A stretch of DNA of 64,000 nucleotides from positions 7,464 through 71,463 of the forward strand of contig CAZLTN010000010.1 of the NCBI GenBank assembly GCA_964562455.1. The letters run 5' to 3'. The DNA is from an uncultured Cytophagales bacterium (GTDB lineage: Bacteria > Bacteroidota > Bacteroidia > Cytophagales > Spirosomataceae). Numbering within the stretch: position 1 is the stretch's first letter; each line of letters begins with the position of its first letter. The position numbers and the translations under genes were made by a program. This document shows positions 38,350-48,180 of the stretch, one piece after another. The notes under the pieces were generated by a model. The model saw only the letters and a list, made by a program, of their open reading frames with translations, had not been told where the DNA came from and did no database searches.

Positions 38350-39003
38350 ATGAAAGAAGATTCCCTCTCCGACCGGGCATACAATGAACTAAGAAGAAAA
38401 ATACTTTCCAATCAGCTACTTGCCGGTAGCAGGCTGAAAGAAGACGAATGGTCAAAAAAGCTCGACGTCAACAGGATGGCCCTGAGAGAGGCTCTCACAC
38501 GGTTACAAGGGGAGCAACTTCTTACAAAAGGAGAAAAAGGAGGTTTTTTTGTAAAAACTTTTTCAGGCGAAGACATAAGAGACATACGTGAGCTCAGAGA
38601 AATACTGGAAACCGGGGCAATCCGTCTTCTTATCGAAAAAATAACCGGAGACCAGCTAGCCGAACTGGAACGGATATGCGACGATTTTACCTCTATGTAT
38701 GAAAGAGGCTACTTTAACGGCGCATGCGAAGCTGACGTAAAATTCCACGAGACACTTATCGAGTATACCGGCAACCAGAAACTCATCAATGCCTATTTCG
38801 CCAGCAACATACCGCTTTTCCATCAAAAACTCGGCCTTACCCAGACCCACATGGACGATTACGAGCTGACAGATGCCGAACACAGGGAAATAGTAAAAGC
38901 ATTACGAATGAAAGATCTTGCCCTGGCCGAAAATACGCTCAACACTCACCTCGTACGGGGAGAAGTCACAACACTCGACCTCGTCAGCCCTTCATTCCTC
39001 TAA
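38350..39003 (+). CDS. GntR family (FCD) transcriptional regulator
   Basis: N-terminal wHTH (LSDRAYNELR...LREALTRL); FCD motifs DVKFH and EHREIV. Confidence 0.93.
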   Translation: MKEDSLSDRAYNELRRKILSNQLLAGSRLKEDEWSKKLDVNRMALREALTRLQGEQLLTKGEKGGFFVKTFSGEDIRDIRELREILETGAIRLLIEKITGDQLAELERICDDFTSMYERGYFNGACEADVKFHETLIEYTGNQKLINAYFASNIPLFHQKLGLTQTHMDDYELTDAEHREIVKALRMKDLALAENTLNTHLVRGEVTTLDLVSPSFL

Positions 39004-39026
39004 TCCCCTCTCACCCCATCACCACT

Positions 39027-39074
39027 CCCGATAGCTATCGGGCCACATCGCCACATCCCCACATCCCCACATCA
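39027..39074. repeat. 16-bp perfect palindrome followed by (CCACATCN)x4
   Basis: CCCGATAGCTATCGGG at 39027-39042; 8-bp units at 39043-39074 related to the 32281 repeat. Confidence 0.8.
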
Positions 39075-39171
39075 ATAGCATTCCTGGATTTTTACCCGCT
39101 TACTACCCTCCTCGCACATCCGCAGCGAGCTAATTTTATATTTTTCAAAGAAAACAAATATTGTTATTTTT

Positions 39172-39203
39172 TGTTTACATTTATATTGCTATAATTGTAA
39201 ACA
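39172..39203. promoter_or_regulatory. Candidate GntR operator overlapping the susC promoter
   Basis: TGTTTACA-TTTATA-TTGC-TATAAT-TGTAAACA, a near-palindromic 32-mer containing a TATATTGC -7-like element. Confidence 0.6.
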
Positions 39204-39229
39204 GAATTTCAACCTTAACACCTTCTTAC

Positions 39230-42200
39230 ATGAAAATCCCTATACCTTATTGGGTAGGTGCAACTTTCTGCATGCTACTATTCTGTTTCTGCATAACGGC
39301 CTTCGGTCAGAACCCGACTCTTGTCAGAGGTACTGTTTACGACGCCGGTAACGAAAGCCCGCTGCCAGGCGTCAACATCGTGGTGAAGGGCTCTCAGCAA
39401 GGCACCACAACCGATACGAATGGAGAGTTCTCCATCAACGCCCCGTCCGGAGCTTCACTTACGTTTTCCTTTATAGGTTACGTAACCCAGGAAATTCCGG
39501 TCGGCTCCCAGAGCATGATTACTGTCCGGCTCGTTACCGATACGCAGGCGTTAAGTGAAATTGTGGTAACGGGATACTCCACACAGAGAAAGCAGGATAT
39601 AATCGGATCGGTCTCTGTCGTAGACATGAGTGCTGTAGGGAAAATACCGGTAGGGTCTACGACCCAAGCTTTGCAGGGACAGGCTGCAGGTGTGAATGTG
39701 ATTGCCTCAGGCGTACCCGGCAGAGAGGGGAATATCTTCATAAGAGGTATTTCCTCTTTTGGTAATTCAGCTCCCCTGATACTGATAGACGGCGTAGAAA
39801 GCAGCCTTAACAACCTGAATGCCAGCGATGTCGAATCGATCCAGATACTTAAGGACGCCGGTGCAGCATCTATTTACGGCGTGAGAGGCTCGAATGGTGT
39901 TATTGTTGTGACTACTAAAAAAGGCAAACAGGGCGCCCCTACAGTCGAATACAGTGCCTATGCCGGTGTGCAGACACCATTAAGAGGCAACCCGTTTAAT
40001 ACCATCCTCGACACGCAGGAATTTGCCCGTCTTTCGCTGATTGCCAATCCCAACAATCCCCTCTTTTCCAGGGGAATCCCGGATTACCTGTATGCCGGCC
40101 CGCAGGGCGGCGGAATCGGCTTCGAAGGAGATCCTGCAGTTAACCCGGCCCTTTACCGGTTCGACCCGACAAACCCTGCCAACAACTACCTGATCCAGAA
40201 AGTAAACAAGGCCGGAACAGACTGGTTCCACGAGTTTTTCAAACCGGCGATGCGGACCGATCACAACCTGTCGGTACAGGGAGCTACGGAAAAAGCAAAT
40301 TATTTTGTTTCGCTGGGTTACCTCAATCAACAGGGTACCGCACCTGAAACCTACGTAAAGCGTTATTCCGGACGGGTTAACACCTCATTTAAAATCGGCC
40401 GTAATATTACACTGGGGCAGAACCTTAACTTCTACTATCGTGTCAGCCCCGGATTCACTACCGACAACCAGTTTGGAAACATCGGGGAGCTGGCGCGTAT
40501 GATGCCGATTATCCCGGTACATGATATCATGGGCAATTACGGAGGAACCAGAATGGGAACCAACGTAGGAACCAACGCCAACCCTATTGCCAACCAGGAG
40601 CGTTCGGCACAAAACATGAGCAACACCTGGAATACCGTCGGCAACGTTTACCTGGAAGTAGCATTCCTGAAAGACTTCACCGCTAAGACAAGTATTGGCG
40701 GCGCTATGACCAACGCTTACGGATATTCTTTCAGCTTTACCCCCCACGAGCGGGCAGAAGGCTTCCTCAACCCTAATTCATATGCAGAAAGTGCTTCCTT
40801 CTCTAAAAGGCTCGTCTGGACCAACACCCTGAACTACAACAAAACGATCGGGAAACATACCGTCGGCGTTTTACTTGGAACAGAAGCTATCGAGAACCTG
40901 TCACGTTCGCTGTCAGGGTCGAGACAACGGTATTTCTCCACCGATCCCAGCTATCTCACCCTTACCACCGGTACATCGAACATTGCCAACGGCAGTTCCG
41001 CTGCAGAAGACGCCCTATGGTCAATGTTCAGCCGTGTCGACTATTCTTTCAACAACAAATACCTGCTGAGCGGGACTATCCGCCGCGACGGTTCTTCCAG
41101 GTTCGGGCCGGAAAACAGGTATGGAATCTTCCCTTCGGTTTCGGCCGGCTGGAGAATTTCGGAAGAAACATTCCTGAAGGATGTACATTGGATCAACGAC
41201 CTGAAACTGAGGGGCAGCCACGGTGTGCTCGGCTCCCAGAACAACGTGAACGCCGAAAACCAGTTTGACCTGTACGGCGGAACGCTTGCCAATGCATACT
41301 ATGACATCAGGGGCACAAGCAACAGTCTTGTCCAGGGATTTATCCAGACAAGAGCCGGGAACCCCCGCACCGGGTGGGAACGCAATATCGTATCCAATGC
41401 CGGGCTGGACGCGACCCTTCTGAACTACAGACTGGATGTTTCGCTTGAATACTATAAAAAATCCATCAACGGCCTGCTTTTCGGCCAGACTCTCCCCGGG
41501 ATAGCCGGAGGGGTAACACCTGCCACGATCAACATCGGCGACATTCAGAACTCCGGGCTCGACCTGTCGGCTACCTACCATGGAGGAGATCCTAACGCAT
41601 TCAGCTATTCGGTAGGCGCCAATATTACTACCTATAAAAACAAAGTAGTGTCTGTGCCCGCACCGGGATACTTTGACGCGGCTTCTCACCAGCAGCTCGG
41701 GCCGATAGTCAGAAACCAGATAGGCCAGGAAGTCAGCGCATTTTATGGCTATAAAGTGATCGGTTTGTTCAAGAGCGACCAGGAAATAGCCGAAGCTCCT
41801 GCGCAGGATGGCGCCGCTCCCGGAAGATTCAGATACCAGGACACCAACAACGACAAGAAAATTACAGCAGACGACAGGACCTTCCTCGGCAGCCCGAACC
41901 CGGATTTTACATACGGCATCAACCTGTCGGCCAAATACAGACGTTTCGACCTGTCAGGTATCTTCTACGGATCGCAGGGTAACCAGGCCGTCAACGCGCT
42001 CAAGGTGCAGACCAACTTTTTCGGCACCTATGTCGGAGCTAAAAGTAACGTGCTCCGCAATGCCTGGTCGCCGGAAAATCCCAATTCGGATGTCCCGAAA
42101 ATCGAAAGCCAGAACAGTTTCAGCACCGCGGGTGTTTTCAACTCCTACTTCATGGAAGACGCCTCGTTTCTCAAGTTAAGGACGCTGATGCTCGGATATT

Positions 42201-42403
42201 CGCTTGATAACACATCGTTGCTCGAAAAAATCCGCATCAAAAAAGCACGTCTCTACCTGCAGGCCATGAACCTGTTCACCCTTACCAAATACACCGGGCT
42301 CGACCCTGAAATCGAGGGAAGCAGCTCAAGCTTCGGGATCGACTGGTCCAACTACCCCAATAACGAACCGGTTTACCTGATCGGCGTTAACGTTTCTTTC
42401 TGA
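39230..42403 (+). CDS. susC: SusC/RagA family TonB-dependent transporter
   Basis: LPGVNIVVKG, DVESIQILKDAGAASIYGVRGSNGVIVVTTKKG, RRDGSSRFG, YTGLDPE, terminal Phe. Start at MKIPI. Confidence 0.96.
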   Translation: MKIPIPYWVGATFCMLLFCFCITAFGQNPTLVRGTVYDAGNESPLPGVNIVVKGSQQGTTTDTNGEFSINAPSGASLTFSFIGYVTQEIPVGSQSMITVRLVTDTQALSEIVVTGYSTQRKQDIIGSVSVVDMSAVGKIPVGSTTQALQGQAAGVNVIASGVPGREGNIFIRGISSFGNSAPLILIDGVESSLNNLNASDVESIQILKDAGAASIYGVRGSNGVIVVTTKKGKQGAPTVEYSAYAGVQTPLRGNPFNTILDTQEFARLSLIANPNNPLFSRGIPDYLYAGPQGGGIGFEGDPAVNPALYRFDPTNPANNYLIQKVNKAGTDWFHEFFKPAMRTDHNLSVQGATEKANYFVSLGYLNQQGTAPETYVKRYSGRVNTSFKIGRNITLGQNLNFYYRVSPGFTTDNQFGNIGELARMMPIIPVHDIMGNYGGTRMGTNVGTNANPIANQERSAQNMSNTWNTVGNVYLEVAFLKDFTAKTSIGGAMTNAYGYSFSFTPHERAEGFLNPNSYAESASFSKRLVWTNTLNYNKTIGKHTVGVLLGTEAIENLSRSLSGSRQRYFSTDPSYLTLTTGTSNIANGSSAAEDALWSMFSRVDYSFNNKYLLSGTIRRDGSSRFGPENRYGIFPSVSAGWRISEETFLKDVHWINDLKLRGSHGVLGSQNNVNAENQFDLYGGTLANAYYDIRGTSNSLVQGFIQTRAGNPRTGWERNIVSNAGLDATLLNYRLDVSLEYYKKSINGLLFGQTLPGIAGGVTPATINIGDIQNSGLDLSATYHGGDPNAFSYSVGANITTYKNKVVSVPAPGYFDAASHQQLGPIVRNQIGQEVSAFYGYKVIGLFKSDQEIAEAPAQDGAAPGRFRYQDTNNDKKITADDRTFLGSPNPDFTYGINLSAKYRRFDLSGIFYGSQGNQAVNALKVQTNFFGTYVGAKSNVLRNAWSPENPNSDVPKIESQNSFSTAGVFNSYFMEDASFLKLRTLMLGYSLDNTSLLEKIRIKKARLYLQAMNLFTLTKYTGLDPEIEGSSSSFGIDWSNYPNNEPVYLIGVNVSF

Positions 42404-42424
42404 TAACCCCCAACACAGACCAAC

Positions 42425-44224
42425 ATGAAACTCAAAATATTTTCCATCAAAACCCTGGCTGTCCTGACAGCACTTGTGTCCTCGACTTCATGTAGCGACG
42501 AATTCCTGGACAGGGACCCCAAGGGAGCACTTTTTTCGGGTAGCCTGGCCAATGAAGCAGGCGTAAACGGCTTACTTATCGGCGCCTATTCGCTCCTCAA
42601 CCACGGAGGAACAAGCGGCAGCGGATGGCATTCAGGTCTCTGGATCTTCGGAGGAGTGACCTCCGACGACGCTCACACCGGTACGGAAGCAGGCGCTCTG
42701 CAGCCTGTTCCCGAGTTTGAGGCCTACATCCATACTTCAGCTACAAGAGGTCTCAACGACCGCTGGAAAGTACTCTACGCGGGGGTTCAAAGGGCCAACG
42801 ATGTGCTGCGGTTGCTGCCAACAGTGGTAGGAAACAAGTCTGTCAGCGAAGCTACCGCCAAACAGATCGAAGCAGAAGCCCGGTTCTTACGAGGAGTTTA
42901 CCACCTTAACGCAGCGCTGATGTGGCGCAATATCCCTTACGTAGATGAAACAGTCAGCGCCGCCGCAGGCAATTATTTTGTCTCTAATGAAAAATCTCCC
43001 TGGCCCTCCATCGAGGCTGACTTCAGCTTCGCAGCCGACAACCTCACGGCAACCAAGTCGGAGGTAGGGCGTGCCAATCGCTGGGCAGCCAAATGCTTCC
43101 TGGTAAAATGTTACATGTTCCAGAACAAGCATGCGGAAGCCAAGCCTTTGCTTGACGACATCATTGCCAACGGGGTAACCAGCAACGGGCTGAAATACAA
43201 TTTGAATGAACACTATTTTAACAATTTCCGGCCTTCTACCAAACACGGCCCGGAACAGGTGTTTGCCATTATGCACTCGGTGAATGACGGAGCCGGCGGG
43301 CAGCGCGGCACCAACCCGAGCGGCGATGCCAATGCAGGCCCGTACGGAGGCCCTTTCCCGACGTACGGCTTTTACCAGCCTTCATTTACATTTGTCAATT
43401 CATACAAAACCGATCCTGTAACAGGTCTGCCGCTTATCGACACTTTTAATAATTCCGATATCAAACATGACCTTGGGATCCTCTCCTCACAGCCATTCGA
43501 GCCTTATACCGGCACCCTGGATTCAAGGCTGGACTGGACAGTAGGCAGAAGAGGTATCCCCTACCTTGACTGGGGGATCAACCCGGGACTGGCCTGGGTA
43601 CGCCAGCAAAGTGTAGGCGGCCCCTACCTGCACATCAAATTTGCGAACCCGCAGTCGGAACCGGGCGGACGCGAAGTACAGAGCACAGCCAACACCTACA
43701 ACCTGATCAGGTTTGCAGATGTACTGCTCTGGGCGGCGGAAGTTGAAGTAGAAGTAGGATCGCTGCAGCAGGCCGAGATTTACGTAAACCGGGTGAGGGC
43801 ACGCGCCGCAAACCCGGCGACATGGGTCAAAAAATACATCGATAACAGCGACCCTTTGAAGGGTGTTACCAGTGAGCCGGCAGCCAATTACAAAGTCGGC
43901 CTCTACCAGGGTGACTTCCAGGCAAAAGGCAAAAACTTCGCAAGAGAGGCCGTCAGGTTCGAAAGGAAACTCGAACTGGGAATGGAGCACCACCGTTTCT
44001 TCGACCTTCAGCGATATGACCTGGCAGAAAAAGGTTATATGGCGAAAACACTGAATGCCTACATTCAGCACGAGGTAAATATCCCCAACTTCAACCACTA
44101 CTATATGGTCGGCGCCAAGTTCACGGAGGGCAAAAACGAACTATACCCGATTCCGCTTGAACAGATTGACCTGAGTGTAAGCAACGGAGAAAAGACACTC
44201 AAACAAAATCCCAGCTACAATTAA
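42425..44224 (+). CDS. susD: RagB/SusD family lipoprotein
   Basis: Lipobox STSC; EARFLRG, IRFADVLLWAAE, ERKLELGMEHHRFFDLQR, QNPSY. Confidence 0.95.
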   Translation: MKLKIFSIKTLAVLTALVSSTSCSDEFLDRDPKGALFSGSLANEAGVNGLLIGAYSLLNHGGTSGSGWHSGLWIFGGVTSDDAHTGTEAGALQPVPEFEAYIHTSATRGLNDRWKVLYAGVQRANDVLRLLPTVVGNKSVSEATAKQIEAEARFLRGVYHLNAALMWRNIPYVDETVSAAAGNYFVSNEKSPWPSIEADFSFAADNLTATKSEVGRANRWAAKCFLVKCYMFQNKHAEAKPLLDDIIANGVTSNGLKYNLNEHYFNNFRPSTKHGPEQVFAIMHSVNDGAGGQRGTNPSGDANAGPYGGPFPTYGFYQPSFTFVNSYKTDPVTGLPLIDTFNNSDIKHDLGILSSQPFEPYTGTLDSRLDWTVGRRGIPYLDWGINPGLAWVRQQSVGGPYLHIKFANPQSEPGGREVQSTANTYNLIRFADVLLWAAEVEVEVGSLQQAEIYVNRVRARAANPATWVKKYIDNSDPLKGVTSEPAANYKVGLYQGDFQAKGKNFAREAVRFERKLELGMEHHRFFDLQRYDLAEKGYMAKTLNAYIQHEVNIPNFNHYYMVGAKFTEGKNELYPIPLEQIDLSVSNGEKTLKQNPSYN

Positions 44225-44307
44225 TACCCGAAAGGCGCTATTTTCAGTATATTCATTGTAGTATTAACAGATACAATATTGTGGTTTTAATCTAACCCAT
44301 TTATAAA

Positions 44308-45522
44308 ATGCAACCCAACAACCCGGATCGCCGCAAATTCCTCCAATCTCTTGGTCTCGGCAGTGCAGCCGTTACCCTGCTTATGACAGGCTGTACCGAA
44401 AAACCAAAATCCGAACAAGAAAAGGAAGTCATTCAGGGATTTGAAAAAACTGTCGAGAATAAAAGCACCAAAGTCTGGACACCCGTTTCAGATCGTAAGG
44501 TAAAAGTGGGGCTGATCGGCTATGGCGTATGCAAGTTTGCCGCAGCTTTCGAATTTCAGAACCACCCTAACGTGGAGATCGTCGCGGTAAGTGACCTTGA
44601 CCCTGATCGCTGTAAGGAGCTGGCAAAAGTGGTCAAATGCCAAAAGACCTATCCGTCGCTCGAGGAACTGGTAAAGGACGACAATATAGAGGCGGTATTT
44701 ATTGCTACCGATGCGCCAAGCCATGCGAAGCATACCGTCCTGGCACTGCAGCACGGTAAGCACGTCGCCTGCGCCGTACCGGCTGCCTTCGGCTCCCTTG
44801 AAGAAGCCGATCAGGTGTATGAAGCTGTAAAAAAGAGCGGTCTGAAGTACATGATGTATGAAACGTCTATGTTCCGTGACGATCTTTATGCCATGCGCCA
44901 GTTGTACAAATCCGGGCATCTTGGCCGGCTCGTCTACTCGGAAGGTGAATATTACCATTATATGGATGTACCGATCGACTCCTACAAAGGTTGGCGCATC
45001 GGTCTTCCGCCGCAGTTCTACCCCACCCATTCCAACGCCTACCACCTGGGTATCAATGACGGTTCTTTCATCGAAGTGTCTTGTATGGGAATCCCCAGTG
45101 TCGTCGATCATCTGAAACCCGCCAACAATCGCTATAAAAATCCCTTCGGAACAGAAATCGCGCTTTTTCGCGCCGGTGACGGAGGCATGTCAAGGATGGC
45201 GGTAAGCTGGGACACTCCCGGAGATCACGGCGAAAGGGGGCGTGTGAGAGGAGACAAAGGATCGTTTTACGGAAAATTTGAGGGTCTCGACAAAAACATC
45301 CCCGACACGGAACGTCCTCCGCTGCCTCCTGGTATGGACGCAGGAGGTCACGGCGGATCGCACGGCAGGCTGACCGACGAGTTCATCTCGGCCATTCTCC
45401 AGGACCGGACTCCTCTTGTAAACGTAGCGCTGGCGCTCAATATGACCGTCTCGGGGATCGTTGCCCACCAGTCTGCGCTGAAAAACGGTGAATTGTTAAA
45501 AATCCCCCAGTATACCCTTTAA
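44308..45522 (+). CDS. Tat-exported Gfo/Idh/MocA oxidoreductase (GH109-related), probable lipoprotein
   Basis: DRRKFL twin-arginine signal plus MTGC; GLIGYG; YPTH; GGHGGSH. Confidence 0.88.
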   Translation: MQPNNPDRRKFLQSLGLGSAAVTLLMTGCTEKPKSEQEKEVIQGFEKTVENKSTKVWTPVSDRKVKVGLIGYGVCKFAAAFEFQNHPNVEIVAVSDLDPDRCKELAKVVKCQKTYPSLEELVKDDNIEAVFIATDAPSHAKHTVLALQHGKHVACAVPAAFGSLEEADQVYEAVKKSGLKYMMYETSMFRDDLYAMRQLYKSGHLGRLVYSEGEYYHYMDVPIDSYKGWRIGLPPQFYPTHSNAYHLGINDGSFIEVSCMGIPSVVDHLKPANNRYKNPFGTEIALFRAGDGGMSRMAVSWDTPGDHGERGRVRGDKGSFYGKFEGLDKNIPDTERPPLPPGMDAGGHGGSHGRLTDEFISAILQDRTPLVNVALALNMTVSGIVAHQSALKNGELLKIPQYTL

Positions 45523-45542
45523 CCGGGATCGATTATTCAGAT

Positions 45543-46754
45543 ATGGATCACTTATTTAACCGACGTAAATTCCTGACTTTGGCAGGAGCTGCTTCAGCAG
45601 CCATTGTCTCGCCGCGGTTTGCATTTGCAGCTCCTTTTACCTCCGACCGTAAGCTCAGAGTGGGCGTGGTAGGCGGCCGGTTCGGCCTTGGCTTTTATTT
45701 CAACGAGCACCCCAATTGTATCGTAGAGGCGGTAAGCGACCTTTTACCCGAGCGCAGGCAGGCGCTTATGAAGACCTACAAGTGCGAAAAGTCCTACGAG
45801 TCGCTGGAAAAGCTGCTGAAAGACCCGAAAATAGAGGCGGTAGCCCTGTTCACTCCTGCTCCCGACCATGCCCGGCATGTCATTCAATCGCTCAATGCAG
45901 GCAAGCACGTGCTTTGCGCAGTGCCTGCCGCAATGAGTATCCAGGAATGCTACGAAGTGCTCGAAGCCGTACAGCGCACGGGCCTGACTTATATGATGGC
46001 CGAAACTTCGGTTTACCGTCAGGATACCATTTCAGCAAAAAAAATGTTTAAGGAGGGTAAATTCGGCACCATCTTCAGCAGTGCGGCCCAGTATTACCAT
46101 CCTGGTCTCGAAGTGCTGTATTTTGAAAAAAACGGCAAGCCTACCTGGCGGCATGGGCTTCCGCCGATGCTCTATCCTACCCACACCACTGCCTTCCTGA
46201 TAGCGGTAACCGGAGAAAGGCTTACGCACGTAACCTGCCAGGGGTGGGGCGACGATAGCCCGATACTGAAAGGCAATCCGTACAAAAATCCCTTCTGGAA
46301 CGAGACTGCCTTTTTCAAAACCAATCTCGGCCACGCTTTCACCGGCGAAGTATGCTGGAAAGGCGCGCTGGTAGGTTGCGAACGCGGCGAGTGGCACGGC
46401 GATAAAATGAGCTTCTATGCGGGCTACAAAGGAGTCGACGTGCACCAGGTGCACGCTACCGAAAAAGAAGGGACTGACGACGGCGGATTCAAGATCGCCG
46501 AGCCCGAGATGACGCCGTATAAACAGACCCTATGGTGGCAAACCGACGCACTGCCCGCTCCCATGCGCCATAACAGCGGCCACGGCGGAAGCCATACGTT
46601 TATCACGCACGAATGGATCGATTCTATCATAAACAACCGGGTACCGGAGGTCAACATCTACGAAGCCCTTGCCTATACCGCTCCCGGTATTATCGCCCAC
46701 CAGTCGGCGCTGAATGGTGGAGAATATCTTAGAATACCAAATTTTGACAAATAA
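45543..46754 (+). CDS. Tat-exported Gfo/Idh/MocA oxidoreductase (GH109-related)
   Basis: NRRKFL signal; GVVGGRFG; YPTH; SGHGGSH; paralog of the previous gene. Confidence 0.88.
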   Translation: MDHLFNRRKFLTLAGAASAAIVSPRFAFAAPFTSDRKLRVGVVGGRFGLGFYFNEHPNCIVEAVSDLLPERRQALMKTYKCEKSYESLEKLLKDPKIEAVALFTPAPDHARHVIQSLNAGKHVLCAVPAAMSIQECYEVLEAVQRTGLTYMMAETSVYRQDTISAKKMFKEGKFGTIFSSAAQYYHPGLEVLYFEKNGKPTWRHGLPPMLYPTHTTAFLIAVTGERLTHVTCQGWGDDSPILKGNPYKNPFWNETAFFKTNLGHAFTGEVCWKGALVGCERGEWHGDKMSFYAGYKGVDVHQVHATEKEGTDDGGFKIAEPEMTPYKQTLWWQTDALPAPMRHNSGHGGSHTFITHEWIDSIINNRVPEVNIYEALAYTAPGIIAHQSALNGGEYLRIPNFDK

Positions 46755-46824
46755 AGAAGTGACTATTCCTAAACCTATCTGACAAGAGAAATATCCGCTT
46801 TCAATTACCAACTTACACAGTATT

Positions 46825-48177
46825 ATGAACAAAACATGGCCGCAATCTTCCGAGCTGTTAAAACAAAATGAAAAATGGATACCCGGAGGGGTTGTTTCCC
46901 TCAACCGTAAATCCGATCCCAATATCTGCTTTGCAAAAGGACAGGGAAGTCATGCCTGGGACCTGGAAGGGAACCGCTACATAGACTACCAGGCCGGTTT
47001 TGCCGCCTCCTTTCTCGGCCATAACGACCCCGATGTGAACAATGCCGTACAGGAAACACTGGCATCGGGCAGCATTCTGATGGGCGCCGGCCCGACCGAT
47101 ATCGAAGGACGCTTCGCAGAGCTCTTCTGTCAGTCGGTACCTACCGCCGAAAGCATCCAGATCACGACCACCGGATCGGAAGCTACCTACCACGCCATCC
47201 GTCTGGCAAGAGCCATTACCGGCCGGGATCATGTCATCGTAATGCAGGGTGGCTATAACGGCTGGCACAACGACGTATCATGCAATGTTATCAGCGCCCT
47301 CCAGGATATCGGGGAGCGGGTAAGCCCCGGGGAATATCCTTTCGATGCCGGATCTGCAGGGATCCCGGCAGTTCACAAGTCGCTTGTGCATATAATCAAC
47401 TTTAACGATCTCGAATCGGTAGAATACGTCATCAGCCGCTATCCTGTAGCCTGTATCATCCTGGAGCCGATCCTTCAGAATATCGGTATCGTGAAACCAC
47501 TGCCAGGTTATCTTGAATCGCTTCGTAAGCTGGCTGACGACAATGGCTTCCTGCTCGTTTTCGATGAAGTAAAAACCGGCTTCCGGCACGCTTTGGGCGG
47601 GTACCAGAGTATTTGCGGCGTAACGCCCGACCTGAGCACATTCGGCAAGGCAGTAGCTAACGGGTATCCCCTGGGTGTAATTGCAGGAAAGAAAAAATAC
47701 ATGGATTACTTTATTCATCCTGAAAAGTCAAAAAGGGTGCTGATTGCCGGTACTTTCAACGCTTTCCCCCTTACTACGGCAGCTGCAATTGCCACCATCG
47801 AAAAGCTGGCTTCGCCTGAACACAACGTCTATCAGCATGTTTACGAATTGGGACAAATGATGGAGGACGGGCTGAATGACATTTTTTCTTCTTTCGATAT
47901 TCCCTTTCATGTAGCGCGCGAAGGCTCCGCTTTCTGCGCCTACTTTATGGATCATGCCCCTGTTGACTACCACGATGTGCTTAAAAACCACGACTTCGGC
48001 TTTGACAGGAAATACAGGCTGGAGCTGATCGAAAAAGGGATTTTCAATTTCCCGCTGCCGATCAAGCAGGGAAGCATCTCTTTTGCCCATTCGAAAGCTG
48101 ATATCGAGGAAACGCTCGATAAAACCAAAGAGGTGGTCGGATGCCTGCTGGAGGGTAAAACTGTTGCAAGCGCATAA
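46825..48177 (+). CDS. Class III PLP aminotransferase, glutamate-1-semialdehyde-aminomutase-like paralog
   Basis: IPGGVVS, GSEAT, FDEVKTGFR, PDLSTFGKAVANGYP, GTFN. Confidence 0.88.
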   Translation: MNKTWPQSSELLKQNEKWIPGGVVSLNRKSDPNICFAKGQGSHAWDLEGNRYIDYQAGFAASFLGHNDPDVNNAVQETLASGSILMGAGPTDIEGRFAELFCQSVPTAESIQITTTGSEATYHAIRLARAITGRDHVIVMQGGYNGWHNDVSCNVISALQDIGERVSPGEYPFDAGSAGIPAVHKSLVHIINFNDLESVEYVISRYPVACIILEPILQNIGIVKPLPGYLESLRKLADDNGFLLVFDEVKTGFRHALGGYQSICGVTPDLSTFGKAVANGYPLGVIAGKKKYMDYFIHPEKSKRVLIAGTFNAFPLTTAAAIATIEKLASPEHNVYQHVYELGQMMEDGLNDIFSSFDIPFHVAREGSAFCAYFMDHAPVDYHDVLKNHDFGFDRKYRLELIEKGIFNFPLPIKQGSISFAHSKADIEETLDKTKEVVGCLLEGKTVASA

Positions 48178-48180
48178 TCT

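Noticed and set aside
46825..48177. Naming the gene hemL
   Set aside because: The fold matches, but the context is sugar catabolism with no tetrapyrrole genes, so orthology cannot be shown here.
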